From an uncultured Acidobacteriota bacterium (lineage in GTDB: Bacteria > Acidobacteriota > Thermoanaerobaculia > Multivoradales > UBA5704), in NCBI GenBank assembly GCA_963770895.1, contig CAVYRF010000002.1:608001-672000 (forward strand): 64,000 nucleotides of DNA, written 5' to 3'. Below the pieces are notes generated by a model, which was not told where the DNA came from, made no database searches, and saw only the letters and a list, made by a program, of their open reading frames with translations. Shown here piece after piece: positions 1 through 8,267 of the stretch. The translations under genes and the position numbers were made by a program. Within the stretch, counting starts at the first letter, position 1. Each line of letters starts with the position of its first letter.

Positions 1-105
1 TCGACTATGCCTGCGGCGGCGTGCCTGGCCAGGAGCGCGGATGACTCGCCGACTTATGCCGCGAATTTCTGACTCGGGACACTAGTAATGGCCTGTATCA
101 GGCCA

Positions 106-253
106 CTAGTACTACTGTGTCACGCCAGCAGAAAAAGCCTGCCAGCGTTGAATTCCACGAAATTTTCAGAAGTATTCAATTGAAATACGCAAAGTACTGA
201 GACAGAACAACTTGCACGGCAGCCTGTGCGAGTTTGTGACACTGTAGTACTAG
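106..253. repeat. 18-bp inverted repeat pair (106-123 / 236-253) flanking an AT-rich segment with a central palindrome
   Basis: ctagtactactgtgtcac vs reverse complement of gtgacactgtagtactag matches 17/18; ttcaattgaa (175-184) is centred on the same axis (179.5). Confidence 0.8.
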
Positions 254-365
254 CCGCGCGCCGCCGCCAGCGCCGCCGGTAGCCGGTTGCGGCTGTTTGC
301 CGCACCTCCCATGATGCGGGCGATTCCGAGTTACCATCTGGCAGCTTCCTCGGGACGGAACGACC

Positions 366-3300
366 ATGAGCGATCTGTTAAGGATCACCGACCGGTACCA
401 GCTCGACAAGCTGGTGCATGCGAGCGACGCCGCCAGCGTCTTTCGCGCCGTCGACCTGCACTCGCGCCGCGTGGTGGCGCTCAAGCTGATGCGCCCGCCT
501 GCCGGCCAGCCGGCCGGCGGTGGCGCGCCCGGCGAGCAGGCCCGTTTCGCCGACGCCTGCCGGGCCTTGCAGCAGTGCAACCATCCCAGCGTGCCGCCGC
601 TGCTGGATTTTGGTTTTGCCGGCAGCGGCGAAGCCTTTCTTGCGGTCGAGTACCTGCTGGGCGCCACCTTCGATCTGCTGGCGGGGTCGCCCGCGACGCG
701 CGTGCTGCCGCTGCTGCTGCCGGTGCTCGACGCGCTCGAGGAGCTGGACCGCCACGGCCTCGCTCATGGCAACCTGCGCGCCGACAACCTCCTGGTGGTG
801 CCGCGCGGCGGCAGCGAGGAGGAAATCAAGCTTCTCGGCTGGGGCAGCGCCGTCGCCGGAACCGGCGACGAGGGGCGGCGCAACGACCTGCGCGCCTTCG
901 CCGAGGTCGCCTGCACGGCGATCGCGGCGCGCGTCGAGCGCGGCCCTTCACCGGTCGTCAGCCTGCGCCCCGAAGACGAATCGCAGCTGGCCGACGCCTC
1001 CGAGCTGGCCATCCTGCTGTCGCTGCTGCTGCAGCCCGGCGGCGCGATGCCCGCCAGCCTCTCCTCGGAGCTCCGCCGGGCCTTCCGCCAGGCGCTCCAC
1101 GGCGACGCGGCAGGCGGCGCGCCGCTCGACCTGGACAGCGCCGTGCGCGCCGACATCACCATGGCCGTCCCCCGCGACCGGCTCCTCGCCGGCACCGCCC
1201 TACCGGCCGGCGCCGCCGCCGCTGCCGGATTAGCGGCCGGCGCCGGCGCCCAGGCAGCGGCTTCGCCAGCGGCACCCGAAGCGGCCGGCGTGCGTACCGA
1301 AACTCTTCCCAGCTTTCGACCCGAAGACCTGAGCTCCACCCGGCCCGGCATCGCGACCATCGCCGCGATCATTGCGGAAGACAAGCCCGCACCCGCACCC
1401 AGGGCGTCCCGCGCCGAGCGGCGCACCCCGCGGCGCGGCACCCCGTACATCGCGTCCGCGGCGCCCGCCGCTGCGGCCACGGCCGCGTCTCCGGCAGTCG
1501 ATGCCGGCGGTCCACCGGTGCCCGTCGCCGATGCGCGATCCACCGGACGCCACTCCGCGGCGGGCGGCGCGGCGCACCTGCCGGCCGAACCTGCCCTGCC
1601 GCCGCCTGAAGCAGAAGCGTGGATGTCTCCCCAACCGTCCTGGATGGTGACCCGGCTCGTGCCGCCCTCCGACGCCGCCGGCAAGCCGCAGACGGAAGCG
1701 CCGCCTGCCGCTGGCGCCGCGCCACGCGCCGACTCCGCCTCCGTCCTGCCGTTCCCCGCTCCACCAGCCCCACCGCAGGCCGCCGCCCAGGCGGCCGACG
1801 CGGCCCGCCCGCTCAGCCCGGCAGCCGCCGGCAACTCGGCAAGCGCCGGCAACTCGCCAGAGCCCTCCGCTCCAGGCAGCTACGACCCGGCTACGGCGGC
1901 AGGCACGGCCCGTACAGGAAGCCCGGCAGACGCTGGCAACCTGGCAGGCGCCGACAGCCAGGCCAATGTCGGCACCTTGCCACAGACCTCTGCCCTGGGC
2001 AGCTACGATCCGGCCGAGGCGGCAGGCGCGGCCCGTATGGGTAGCCCGGTCGCCTCTGGCAACCTGGCAGGCGCTGGCGGCCAGGCCAACATCGGCAACT
2101 TGCAAGAGCCCACTACCCTGGGCAGCTACGATCCGGCAACGGCGGCAGGCGCGGCCGGCGCGGGCAGGACCGCTGGGCTCGCTGTGCCGGGCGGCGGCAC
2201 CACTGCCGCTCCTGCGCGCACCGCGACGGGCTCGGCTGGTCTGGCAGCTCGCCAGATCACCGATCCGACAACCGCGCCAGCCGCGGCAGCCGCAGCGGCG
2301 GCGCTGTCGCAGGCGGAGCGCGATCAGCTTGACCGCGGCGCCGCCGCTCGGCAGCCGTCGCCCCCCCTGCCCCACCGTCAGCCGGTGCATCCACCCGCAG
2401 CGGAGCCCCAGCCATCGCCTGGTGCCATGCCGGCTCTTACGGCGGCGGCGGCGCAGACGGCGGGGCGGCCGAGCGCCCCGCGCGGGCGCCGGGGCGGACT
2501 GCGGGCCTGGATTGCCGGCGGCGCGATCGTGCTGTTGGCAGCGGCGCTTGCGGTTGTCGCGGCGATCGCCATGCACCAGCGCCGGCCGGAGACGTCGGCG
2601 GCGGTGGCACCGCCTGCGGCCCGCGGCGCGGGCACCACGGCGGTACACCCCGCTCCGGGGGCCCCGCCAGGACCGGCGGCTCCGGCCGCGCCGGGCGGCG
2701 CGCTCACCACCGCCGTCCCCGGCGCGAACCCCTCGGCACCGCCGGGGGTGGCGCCGCCGCCCGCGGACCCGCAGCTCGCCGCGGTCGAGGAGCGGCTGGC
2801 GGCCGGCGACCTGGCGGGCGCCCGCCGCGCTCTGACGCAGATCTCTCCCGCGCAGCAGGCGGCGTTCGGCGAAGCGGATCGCGCCACCTGGGCTCGTCTC
2901 AACGAGACGGTGGCAACCGACGTGCGCGGGCGCATCGCCGGCGACCTGGCCGCGGGCTTCTCTCGCGGCGACATGCGCCGGCTTGGCTCGGCGCTGGCGG
3001 CGGCAAAGCGGGAGCAGGGCCTGCCGGTCGTCTTGCGGCGCGACCTGGACCGCGCCCGCCAGGCGGTGGACCTGGACGCGCGGCTGCGCCAGCCCGATCC
3101 GCCCGAGGGACAGCCCGAAGCGCTGCGCGACGCGACCGACCTGCTCGCCCTGCTGCCGCGCTACGGCCGCGCCGCGGAGCTGCGGGAGGCGGCGGCGAAA
3201 AAGGTGGAGGAGCAGGCCGACGCGGCCGTCGCCGCCGGCGACTTCGACCGCGCCACCCAGCGGCTGGCCGCGCTACGCGACAAGTGGCCCGACCGCGCGG

Positions 3301-3863
3301 GTCTGCAGGACCGCGCCGACCGGCTGGAGGCGCAGCGGCGCGGCGACGAACGCCTGACCGCGGCGCTGGCGGCGGCCGAGCGGGCGGAGGCCGCGGGCCA
3401 GCCGCTGCAAGGGCTGGAAGCGCTCGCCGCGGCCAACCCCGGCGCCCGCTTCCGCGACCGCTTCCGGCAGGAGCGCGATCGCCTCAACCAGCTGCTCGCC
3501 AAGCTGGACGCCAACCCGCCGGTCGTCTCCCTGCGCGGCGGCGCCAAGCTGGAGTACGACAAAGGCAAGGGCATCGTCGTGCCGCTGCACGTCACCGACG
3601 ATTTCGCGGTCAAGACCGTCGAATGCTTCTTCCGCGCCGAAGGCGACCCCGCCTACCGGCAGATCGCCGTGCGCCACCTCGCCGGCGCCGACTACGAGGT
3701 CGCCATCCCCGCCGACGCCCACCAAAACCGCAACATCGAGATCTACGTCGCCGCCACCGACCCCTCCGGTCACCAGACCCTGCTCGGCACCCGCGACCAG
3801 CCGCTCAAGGTCAAGCGCCGCAACTGGCTCGAAAAGATCTTCGTCGGCAAGGAAGGCCAGTAG
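366..3863 (+). CDS. Ser/Thr kinase-like (probable pseudokinase) membrane protein with long Ala/Pro-rich linker, one TM helix and a C-terminal extracytoplasmic region
   Basis: N-terminal RYQL..VFRAVD..VALKLM and HPSVPPLLDFG kinase subdomains; catalytic loop HGNLRADNLL and KLLGWG instead of HRD/DFG; hydrophobic WIAGGAIVLLAAALAVVAAIAM. Confidence 0.8.
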   Translation: MSDLLRITDRYQLDKLVHASDAASVFRAVDLHSRRVVALKLMRPPAGQPAGGGAPGEQARFADACRALQQCNHPSVPPLLDFGFAGSGEAFLAVEYLLGATFDLLAGSPATRVLPLLLPVLDALEELDRHGLAHGNLRADNLLVVPRGGSEEEIKLLGWGSAVAGTGDEGRRNDLRAFAEVACTAIAARVERGPSPVVSLRPEDESQLADASELAILLSLLLQPGGAMPASLSSELRRAFRQALHGDAAGGAPLDLDSAVRADITMAVPRDRLLAGTALPAGAAAAAGLAAGAGAQAAASPAAPEAAGVRTETLPSFRPEDLSSTRPGIATIAAIIAEDKPAPAPRASRAERRTPRRGTPYIASAAPAAAATAASPAVDAGGPPVPVADARSTGRHSAAGGAAHLPAEPALPPPEAEAWMSPQPSWMVTRLVPPSDAAGKPQTEAPPAAGAAPRADSASVLPFPAPPAPPQAAAQAADAARPLSPAAAGNSASAGNSPEPSAPGSYDPATAAGTARTGSPADAGNLAGADSQANVGTLPQTSALGSYDPAEAAGAARMGSPVASGNLAGAGGQANIGNLQEPTTLGSYDPATAAGAAGAGRTAGLAVPGGGTTAAPARTATGSAGLAARQITDPTTAPAAAAAAAALSQAERDQLDRGAAARQPSPPLPHRQPVHPPAAEPQPSPGAMPALTAAAAQTAGRPSAPRGRRGGLRAWIAGGAIVLLAAALAVVAAIAMHQRRPETSAAVAPPAARGAGTTAVHPAPGAPPGPAAPAAPGGALTTAVPGANPSAPPGVAPPPADPQLAAVEERLAAGDLAGARRALTQISPAQQAAFGEADRATWARLNETVATDVRGRIAGDLAAGFSRGDMRRLGSALAAAKREQGLPVVLRRDLDRARQAVDLDARLRQPDPPEGQPEALRDATDLLALLPRYGRAAELREAAAKKVEEQADAAVAAGDFDRATQRLAALRDKWPDRAGLQDRADRLEAQRRGDERLTAALAAAERAEAAGQPLQGLEALAAANPGARFRDRFRQERDRLNQLLAKLDANPPVVSLRGGAKLEYDKGKGIVVPLHVTDDFAVKTVECFFRAEGDPAYRQIAVRHLAGADYEVAIPADAHQNRNIEIYVAATDPSGHQTLLGTRDQPLKVKRRNWLEKIFVGKEGQ
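1875..2155 (+). repeat. 123-bp (41-aa) in-frame tandem repeat, ~2.3 copies
   Basis: ggcagctacga (GSYDPA) recurs at 1875, 1998 and 2121, exactly 123 nt apart. Confidence 0.85.
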
Positions 3864-3989
3864 CCAGGTCCACGCTCACGAACAGGTCGCACCGCCGCCA
3901 TGCTGGTCGTGGTGTCGCGGCGCGGTTGACTCTTCTCCCCGCACTCGTTGAGGTATAGCCCGCCAGAGCGGGAGGAGGAGAGCAAGCCC

Positions 3990-4178
3990 ATGAAAAAGAG
4001 GGGGAAGGTCCTGCTGCATCGCGAGACGCTGCGCAACCTGTCCAACAGCACGATCTCCAGGGTCGTCGGCGGCGCCCTCAACTCGAAGGTAGCGCCCAGC
4101 ATTTGCGGGTCGGCCTGCCTCACCGACTGCTACGGCACCGTCTGCTCCATCGGCACCGGCTGCGGAGGCACCGAGTAG
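3990..4178 (+). CDS. RiPP (lanthipeptide-like) precursor peptide, 62 aa
   Basis: Strong GGAGGAGG RBS; leader MKKRGKVLLHRETLRNL...VVGG; core ALNSKVAPSICGSACLTDCYGTVCSIGTGCGGTE with 5 Cys and many Ser/Thr. Confidence 0.75.
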   Translation: MKKRGKVLLHRETLRNLSNSTISRVVGGALNSKVAPSICGSACLTDCYGTVCSIGTGCGGTE

Positions 4179-4389
4179 CCTTCGTCGAGCAGCCCGTGGT
4201 GGAGCTGCGCATCACCGCGGTCGAGGCGGCACCGTTTTTCGATGAAGTCCCGCATCGCCTGCGGCGCGGCGCCTGGCAGTCCGACCCTCCGGTGCTCGCA
4301 ACCGCCGCAACGGCCTTGCGCCACTGGCGCCACGGCGGAAGTTGACTTGCAGGGGGGCTTTTGGGTTAGGATGCGGGTCCTTTGGCGGC

Positions 4390-4464
4390 GGGAGGTTAGC
4401 TCAGCGGTAGAGCACCTGCCTTACACGCAGGGGGTCGCGGGTTCGAATCCCCCACCTCCCACCA
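4390..4464 (+). tRNA. tRNA-Val(TAC)
   Basis: Cloverleaf: GGGAGGT/ACCTCCC acceptor stem, CCTGC-CTTACAC-GCAGG anticodon arm, GTTCGAAT T-loop, encoded CCA. Confidence 0.95.
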
Positions 4465-4495
4465 AAAGTGGGGGGCAAACGCCGATCATTTTTGC

Positions 4496-4572
4496 GGGGT
4501 CGTAGTTCAGCTGGTTAGAATGCCGGCCTGTCACGCCGGAGGTCGCGGGTTCGAGTCCCGTCGGCCCCGCCA
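4496..4572 (+). tRNA. tRNA-Asp(GTC)
   Basis: GGGGTCG/CGGCCCC acceptor stem, CCGGC-CTGTCAC-GCCGG anticodon arm, GGTTCGAGTCC, CCA end. Confidence 0.96.
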
Positions 4573-4608
4573 TTCACCCGTCGCGGGCACCAAGAAGGAA
4601 GGTCGACG

Positions 4609-4764
4609 ATGCGCGAAAAGATCAAGCTGGTTTCGTCCGAAGGCACCGGCTACTTCTATACCACCACCAAGAACAAGAAGCTGTCGACCGAAAAGCTGCG
4701 CATGAAGAAGTACGACCCCAAGGTGCGCAAGCACGTCGAGTTCGTCGAAGAGAAGCTCCGCTAG
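4609..4764 (+). CDS. rpmG: 50S ribosomal protein L33 (Cys-free form)
   Basis: Manual translation [24 protein letters not shown]...[19 protein letters not shown]; AAGGAAGG RBS; too short for the ORF track. Confidence 0.96.
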   Translation: MREKIKLVSSEGTGYFYTTTKNKKLSTEKLRMKKYDPKVRKHVEFVEEKLR

Positions 4765-5245
4765 GGGCTCCCGACTCAGACATTCGCGGCCTACGCCGGC
4801 GCGTCCGCGCTCTTCGCCAGGCACGCCGACCCGTCAAGCCGCAGCACCACCCCGGTTCCGCTTCTTCGGCACCGGCTCCCCGTCCGGCCGCTTCCCGCCC
4901 GCTTCAAGTGCCAGTCCAGCCATGGCGCCGGGCGTGGCGTTCCGCCCCGTTCCGATCCCTGGCATCGCCTGTGACGCCGCGGCGACTTTGGTACCTGCCG
5001 CCGGTCTTTCGTGCCACAATCAAACGCCGTGCCGGCTCCCCGGAGCGGCGCCGCCGCATCTAACGCCGGTCTGCAGAACGATGCGGTGGCGCGTGCCCGC
5101 GCGCCGGCAGGTTGGCGAAGCAGCAGCCGTCGTGGCAGTCGGCGCCGGGTGTGCCGGCCGGCGGCTTGCGCGCCGTTCCCGACGCAGCGCTGGTCGCGGC
5201 GGGGATCGCCGGCTCAATCAACGGACATCATCAAGGGAGGTCGCG

Positions 5246-5857
5246 ATGTTTCAGGTACCCGCTCTGCCCTATTCATTCGAAGCACTGGAGCCCCATATCG
5301 ACGCGCGCACCATGGAGATCCACCACGACAAGCATCACGCCGCGTACGTCACCAACCTCAACAAGGCGCTGGAACCCCACCAGGATCTGCAGCACAAGTC
5401 GGTCGAAGACCTGCTGCGCGGCATCCACGACCTGCCCGAATCGATCCGCACCGCGGTGCGCAACCATGGCGGCGGCCACGCCAACCACAGTCTCTTCTGG
5501 CAGATCATGGGGCCCGGCGGCGGCGGCACGCCGAGCGGCGACCTGGCCGCGGCGATCGACCGTGACCTCGGTGGCTTTGACACCTTCAAAGAGAAGCTGA
5601 CCAACGCCGCCGCAGCACAGTTCGGGTCCGGCTGGGGCTGGCTCGCGCTGTCAGACGGCAAGCTCGAGGTCATCGCCCGCCCCAACCAGGACAGCCCGCT
5701 GATGGAGGGCAAACACCCCATCCTGGGAGTCGACGTGTGGGAGCACGCCTACTACCTGCTGTATCAAAACCGCCGCCCGGACTACCTGAAGGCCTGGTGG
5801 AACACCATCGACTGGCAGAAGGCGGGAGCCGTCTACACCCAGGCTCACAACGCCTGA
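5246..5857 (+). CDS. sodA: Superoxide dismutase (Mn-type signature)
   Basis: [35 protein letters not shown] and DVWEHAYY motifs; GGAGG RBS before ATG 5246. Confidence 0.95.
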   Translation: MFQVPALPYSFEALEPHIDARTMEIHHDKHHAAYVTNLNKALEPHQDLQHKSVEDLLRGIHDLPESIRTAVRNHGGGHANHSLFWQIMGPGGGGTPSGDLAAAIDRDLGGFDTFKEKLTNAAAAQFGSGWGWLALSDGKLEVIARPNQDSPLMEGKHPILGVDVWEHAYYLLYQNRRPDYLKAWWNTIDWQKAGAVYTQAHNA

Positions 5858-6210
5858 AGCTGTTGAAAACAGAGGTCCCGGCGCAGGACAGCCGGAGACC
5901 GGATCCGCGGCGCCTGGACCTGTGAAGACAAGGCACAGGCGCCTGAGTGCCCCGCACTAGCGGGCGGCCGCCACGCAGACCGCAGCACCTGAACCTGTTG
6001 CAGCCAAGTCCTCGCGGCGCAACAGAGGGCGGCCGTCCGTCAGCACCGCAGGACCTGAACCCGTGGCAAAATAGGGCCCCGGAGTAGGGGGGACGGCCGT
6101 CGTGCTGCCACGACAACACCTTTGCCCGTTGAAGATGGGCGCATTGACGCAGCAGCGAGAGGCGTCCGCAGCCGGCGCCACAATGCCTGAACCCCTTGAA
6201 AACAGGGCTT
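5853..6210 (+). repeat. Degenerate direct-repeat array (~60-75 nt period, 6 units)
   Basis: CCTGAACCYGTTGAAAACAG-like motif at 5853, 5913, 5988, 6054, 6119 and 6186. Confidence 0.6.
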
Positions 6211-6351
6211 CGGCAGCCCTGGGACCCTATTCCCCCCTCGCTGACCACTCTTGCGTCTCTAAATTTTGTTTATAGAGAAGTTTGCACCTGTCTGCTCATT
6301 TAGTGGGCGGTCACCCCTCGCAACATGGGCGCCATTTCAAGTTTATGCCAA

Positions 6352-6441
6352 GGTTCCTCTCCTTACAATTGCGAACGTGAAGAGCGGCTACTGAAGCGAG
6401 AAACGGGGCCTTCAGCCATCCGCCTTCCGGGGGGAGGAACC
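6352..6441 (+). promoter_or_regulatory. Structured 5' leader pairing over the arsR-family RBS
   Basis: ggttcctctcc (6352-6362) is complementary to ggggaggaacc (6431-6441), which contains the SD; inner stems ctgaag/cttcag and gcgg/ccgc. Confidence 0.5.
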
Positions 6442-6444
6442 AAA

Positions 6445-6771
6445 ATGGCCAACATCGACCGTGTGACCCAGGACTTCCGGAGAGAAGAGCGGCACCTCAC
6501 CAAGGTGTTCAAGGCTCTCTCGGACGGCACTCGCCAAGAGATCCTGCGCCTGCTGGAAGGCCAGCAGCGCACCGTGGGCGAGATCGTCGGCAACTTCAAT
6601 CTCTCGCAGCCCACCATCTCTCGCCACCTGTCCGTGCTCAAAGAGGCAGACCTGGTGGTCGATCAGCGCCAGGGCCAGAACGTCATCTACCGCCTCAACG
6701 ACGACGCCCTGTCGACGTCGATGCAAGAGTTCTTCGGCCAGTTCCGCAGCTGCCAGGGCGTCATGCGGTAG
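6445..6771 (+). CDS. ArsR/SmtB family transcriptional regulator
   Basis: FKALSDGTRQEILRLL, SQPTISRHLSVLKEADLV and RQGQNVIYRL winged-HTH motifs; GGAGG RBS. Confidence 0.93.
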   Translation: MANIDRVTQDFRREERHLTKVFKALSDGTRQEILRLLEGQQRTVGEIVGNFNLSQPTISRHLSVLKEADLVVDQRQGQNVIYRLNDDALSTSMQEFFGQFRSCQGVMR

Positions 6772-6791
6772 GACCGCGGCCAGGCGGCAAC

Positions 6792-7100
6792 CAGTGCCCG
6801 CGACCAGCCGGCGCGCCCCGGCTGCCATCGGACACTCGCTGCCGCCGTCGCCGCCAGCCCGTCCAAGCCGGCGGCAGTGCCCGCGACCAGCCGGCGCGCC
6901 CCGGCTGCCATCGGACACTCGCTGCCGCCGTCGCCGCCAGCCCGTCCAAGCCGGCGGCAGTGCCCGCAACCGGCCGGCGCGCCCCGCCTGCCATCGGGCA
7001 CTTGCTGCCGCCGCCATCACCAGCTCGCCGCCGGCCCGTCCAAGCCGGAGGCAGTGTCCGTAACCAGCCGGCGCGTTCCGGCTGTCATCGGGCACTTGCC
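6792..7100 (+). repeat. 83-bp GC-rich tandem repeat (2 exact + 2 degenerate copies)
   Basis: cagtgcccgcgaccagccggcgcg... at 6792, 6875 and 6958 (83-nt spacing), diverged copy at 7052. Confidence 0.9.
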
Positions 7101-7585
7101 GTCGACACACCCGAGTTGGCGGCACGGCGGCGCAGCCAGTCGCTTGCACCGCGCGGCGCCGTCAAGGCCTGACACCTGAGCACCGCTTTCAGCCGTCCAT
7201 CCGGCCGGCGCCGGCCGCACTCACGGCGATCGCTCACGTCTAATTTTCGGCAAGACGGCGCCGCTCGCCCCCCGGCCCGATCGCGACGCGCCGCAGGCGC
7301 GCCGCGGTCGGGGCAACCCCGGGGGGGCACAACCGCGGCACACCCCGCCCAGAATCGATGCGCGCCTACGTGATCTCGAGCAGCGCCACGCTCTTGCTCC
7401 TGGCGATCACCAGCGCCGCCCGATCGCCAACCCAGCATGAGCTGCGGCCAGGCCGACGCCCAACCAAGGCCACGATTCCGGCGCACTGAAAGGGCCGGTG
7501 CGCACAGATGCTATTGAGCAGCCTGCCGCGCGGCGTACTGCGCGGCCACCGTTCAACAGCTACGCCAGCAAGAGGAGCCACCCCG

Positions 7586-7741
7586 ATGAAGAAGCAAGCC
7601 AGAAACCTGACCCTCTGCCGCGAGACCCTGCATCACCTGGTCACCCTGGAGCCGCTGCGAGACGCATTGGGAGGCGTCTCGGGACCGCGTACCTGCACCC
7701 TGTTCAACACCTGCACCAACTGCAACTACTGCACGATCTGA
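7586..7741 (+). CDS. RiPP (lanthipeptide-like) precursor peptide, 51 aa
   Basis: AGAGGAG RBS; leader MKKQARNLTLCRETLHHL...ALGG; core VSGPRTCTLFNTCTNCNYCTI (4 Cys, Thr-rich). Confidence 0.75.
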   Translation: MKKQARNLTLCRETLHHLVTLEPLRDALGGVSGPRTCTLFNTCTNCNYCTI

Positions 7742-8175
7742 CACCGGCGCCGAGCGTCCCGACAGCACCCGGCGCCGAGGCTGACTCGGGTCTGGCAAAG
7801 CGATGCCGATCCTGCCGCAGCTGGAGCGGTCGATGGTGGGCTACTGCTCGTTGAACTGCGCGCGCTGCAACCTTGGGACTTTTCCCGATGCCTGCCAGGC
7901 GCGCGGCCTCGGGAGCTGCAACCAGGATTGCGCATAGGCTGGTAAGGCGCGGACCCGCCGGGCCGCTGAGTCGCGCCGTCCGGCAGCTGCGGACGGATAG
8001 CGACGGCTGCCGGCGATGAGCGGCGTCAGGTAGCGCTCTCCGGTAGTGCCCTCACTCGTCGCTGGGGATGCGAGCGGCCCCGGTCATTGGCGCTCGTCCG
8101 TGAGGCGCTGTATACTTTTCGCCCGCGGGGCGGTGGGCTGCCCCTGGTTGGGCTATCGTTCTTCCTTGCTTCCAA

Positions 8176-8252
8176 GGCGGTGTAGCTCAGTTGGTTAGAG
8201 CAAGCGGCTCATATCCGCTGTGTCAGGGGTTCAAGTCCCTTCACCGCCACCA
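8176..8252 (+). tRNA. tRNA with CAT anticodon (probably elongator Met; Ile2 not excluded)
   Basis: GGCGGTG/CACCGCC acceptor stem (paired 1-72, so not initiator), AGCGG-CTCATAT-CCGCT arm, GGTTCAAGTCC, CCA. Confidence 0.92.
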
Positions 8253-8267
8253 TCCCGCGCCTCACCC

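Noticed and set aside
366-1200. Kinase domain as a class III/IV lanthipeptide synthetase for the adjacent precursor
   Set aside because: No lyase or cyclase domain, catalytic Asp residues missing, and membrane-receptor architecture
4130-4345. Short ORFs between precursor 1 and tRNA-Val
   Set aside because: No convincing RBS or recognisable motif, and they overlap the better-supported precursor gene
4436-4453. C-C mismatch in the tRNA-Val T-stem suggesting a pseudo-tRNA
   Set aside because: All other arms and the CCA end are intact; a single mismatch is tolerable or may be a base-call error
5853-7100. CRISPR array interpretation of the two repeat regions
   Set aside because: Repeats are either too degenerate or identical across the whole unit (no unique spacers), and no cas genes are present
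4390-8252. Genomic island integrated at one of the tRNAs
   Set aside because: No duplicated tRNA 3' end or integrase seen; the intervening genes are housekeeping
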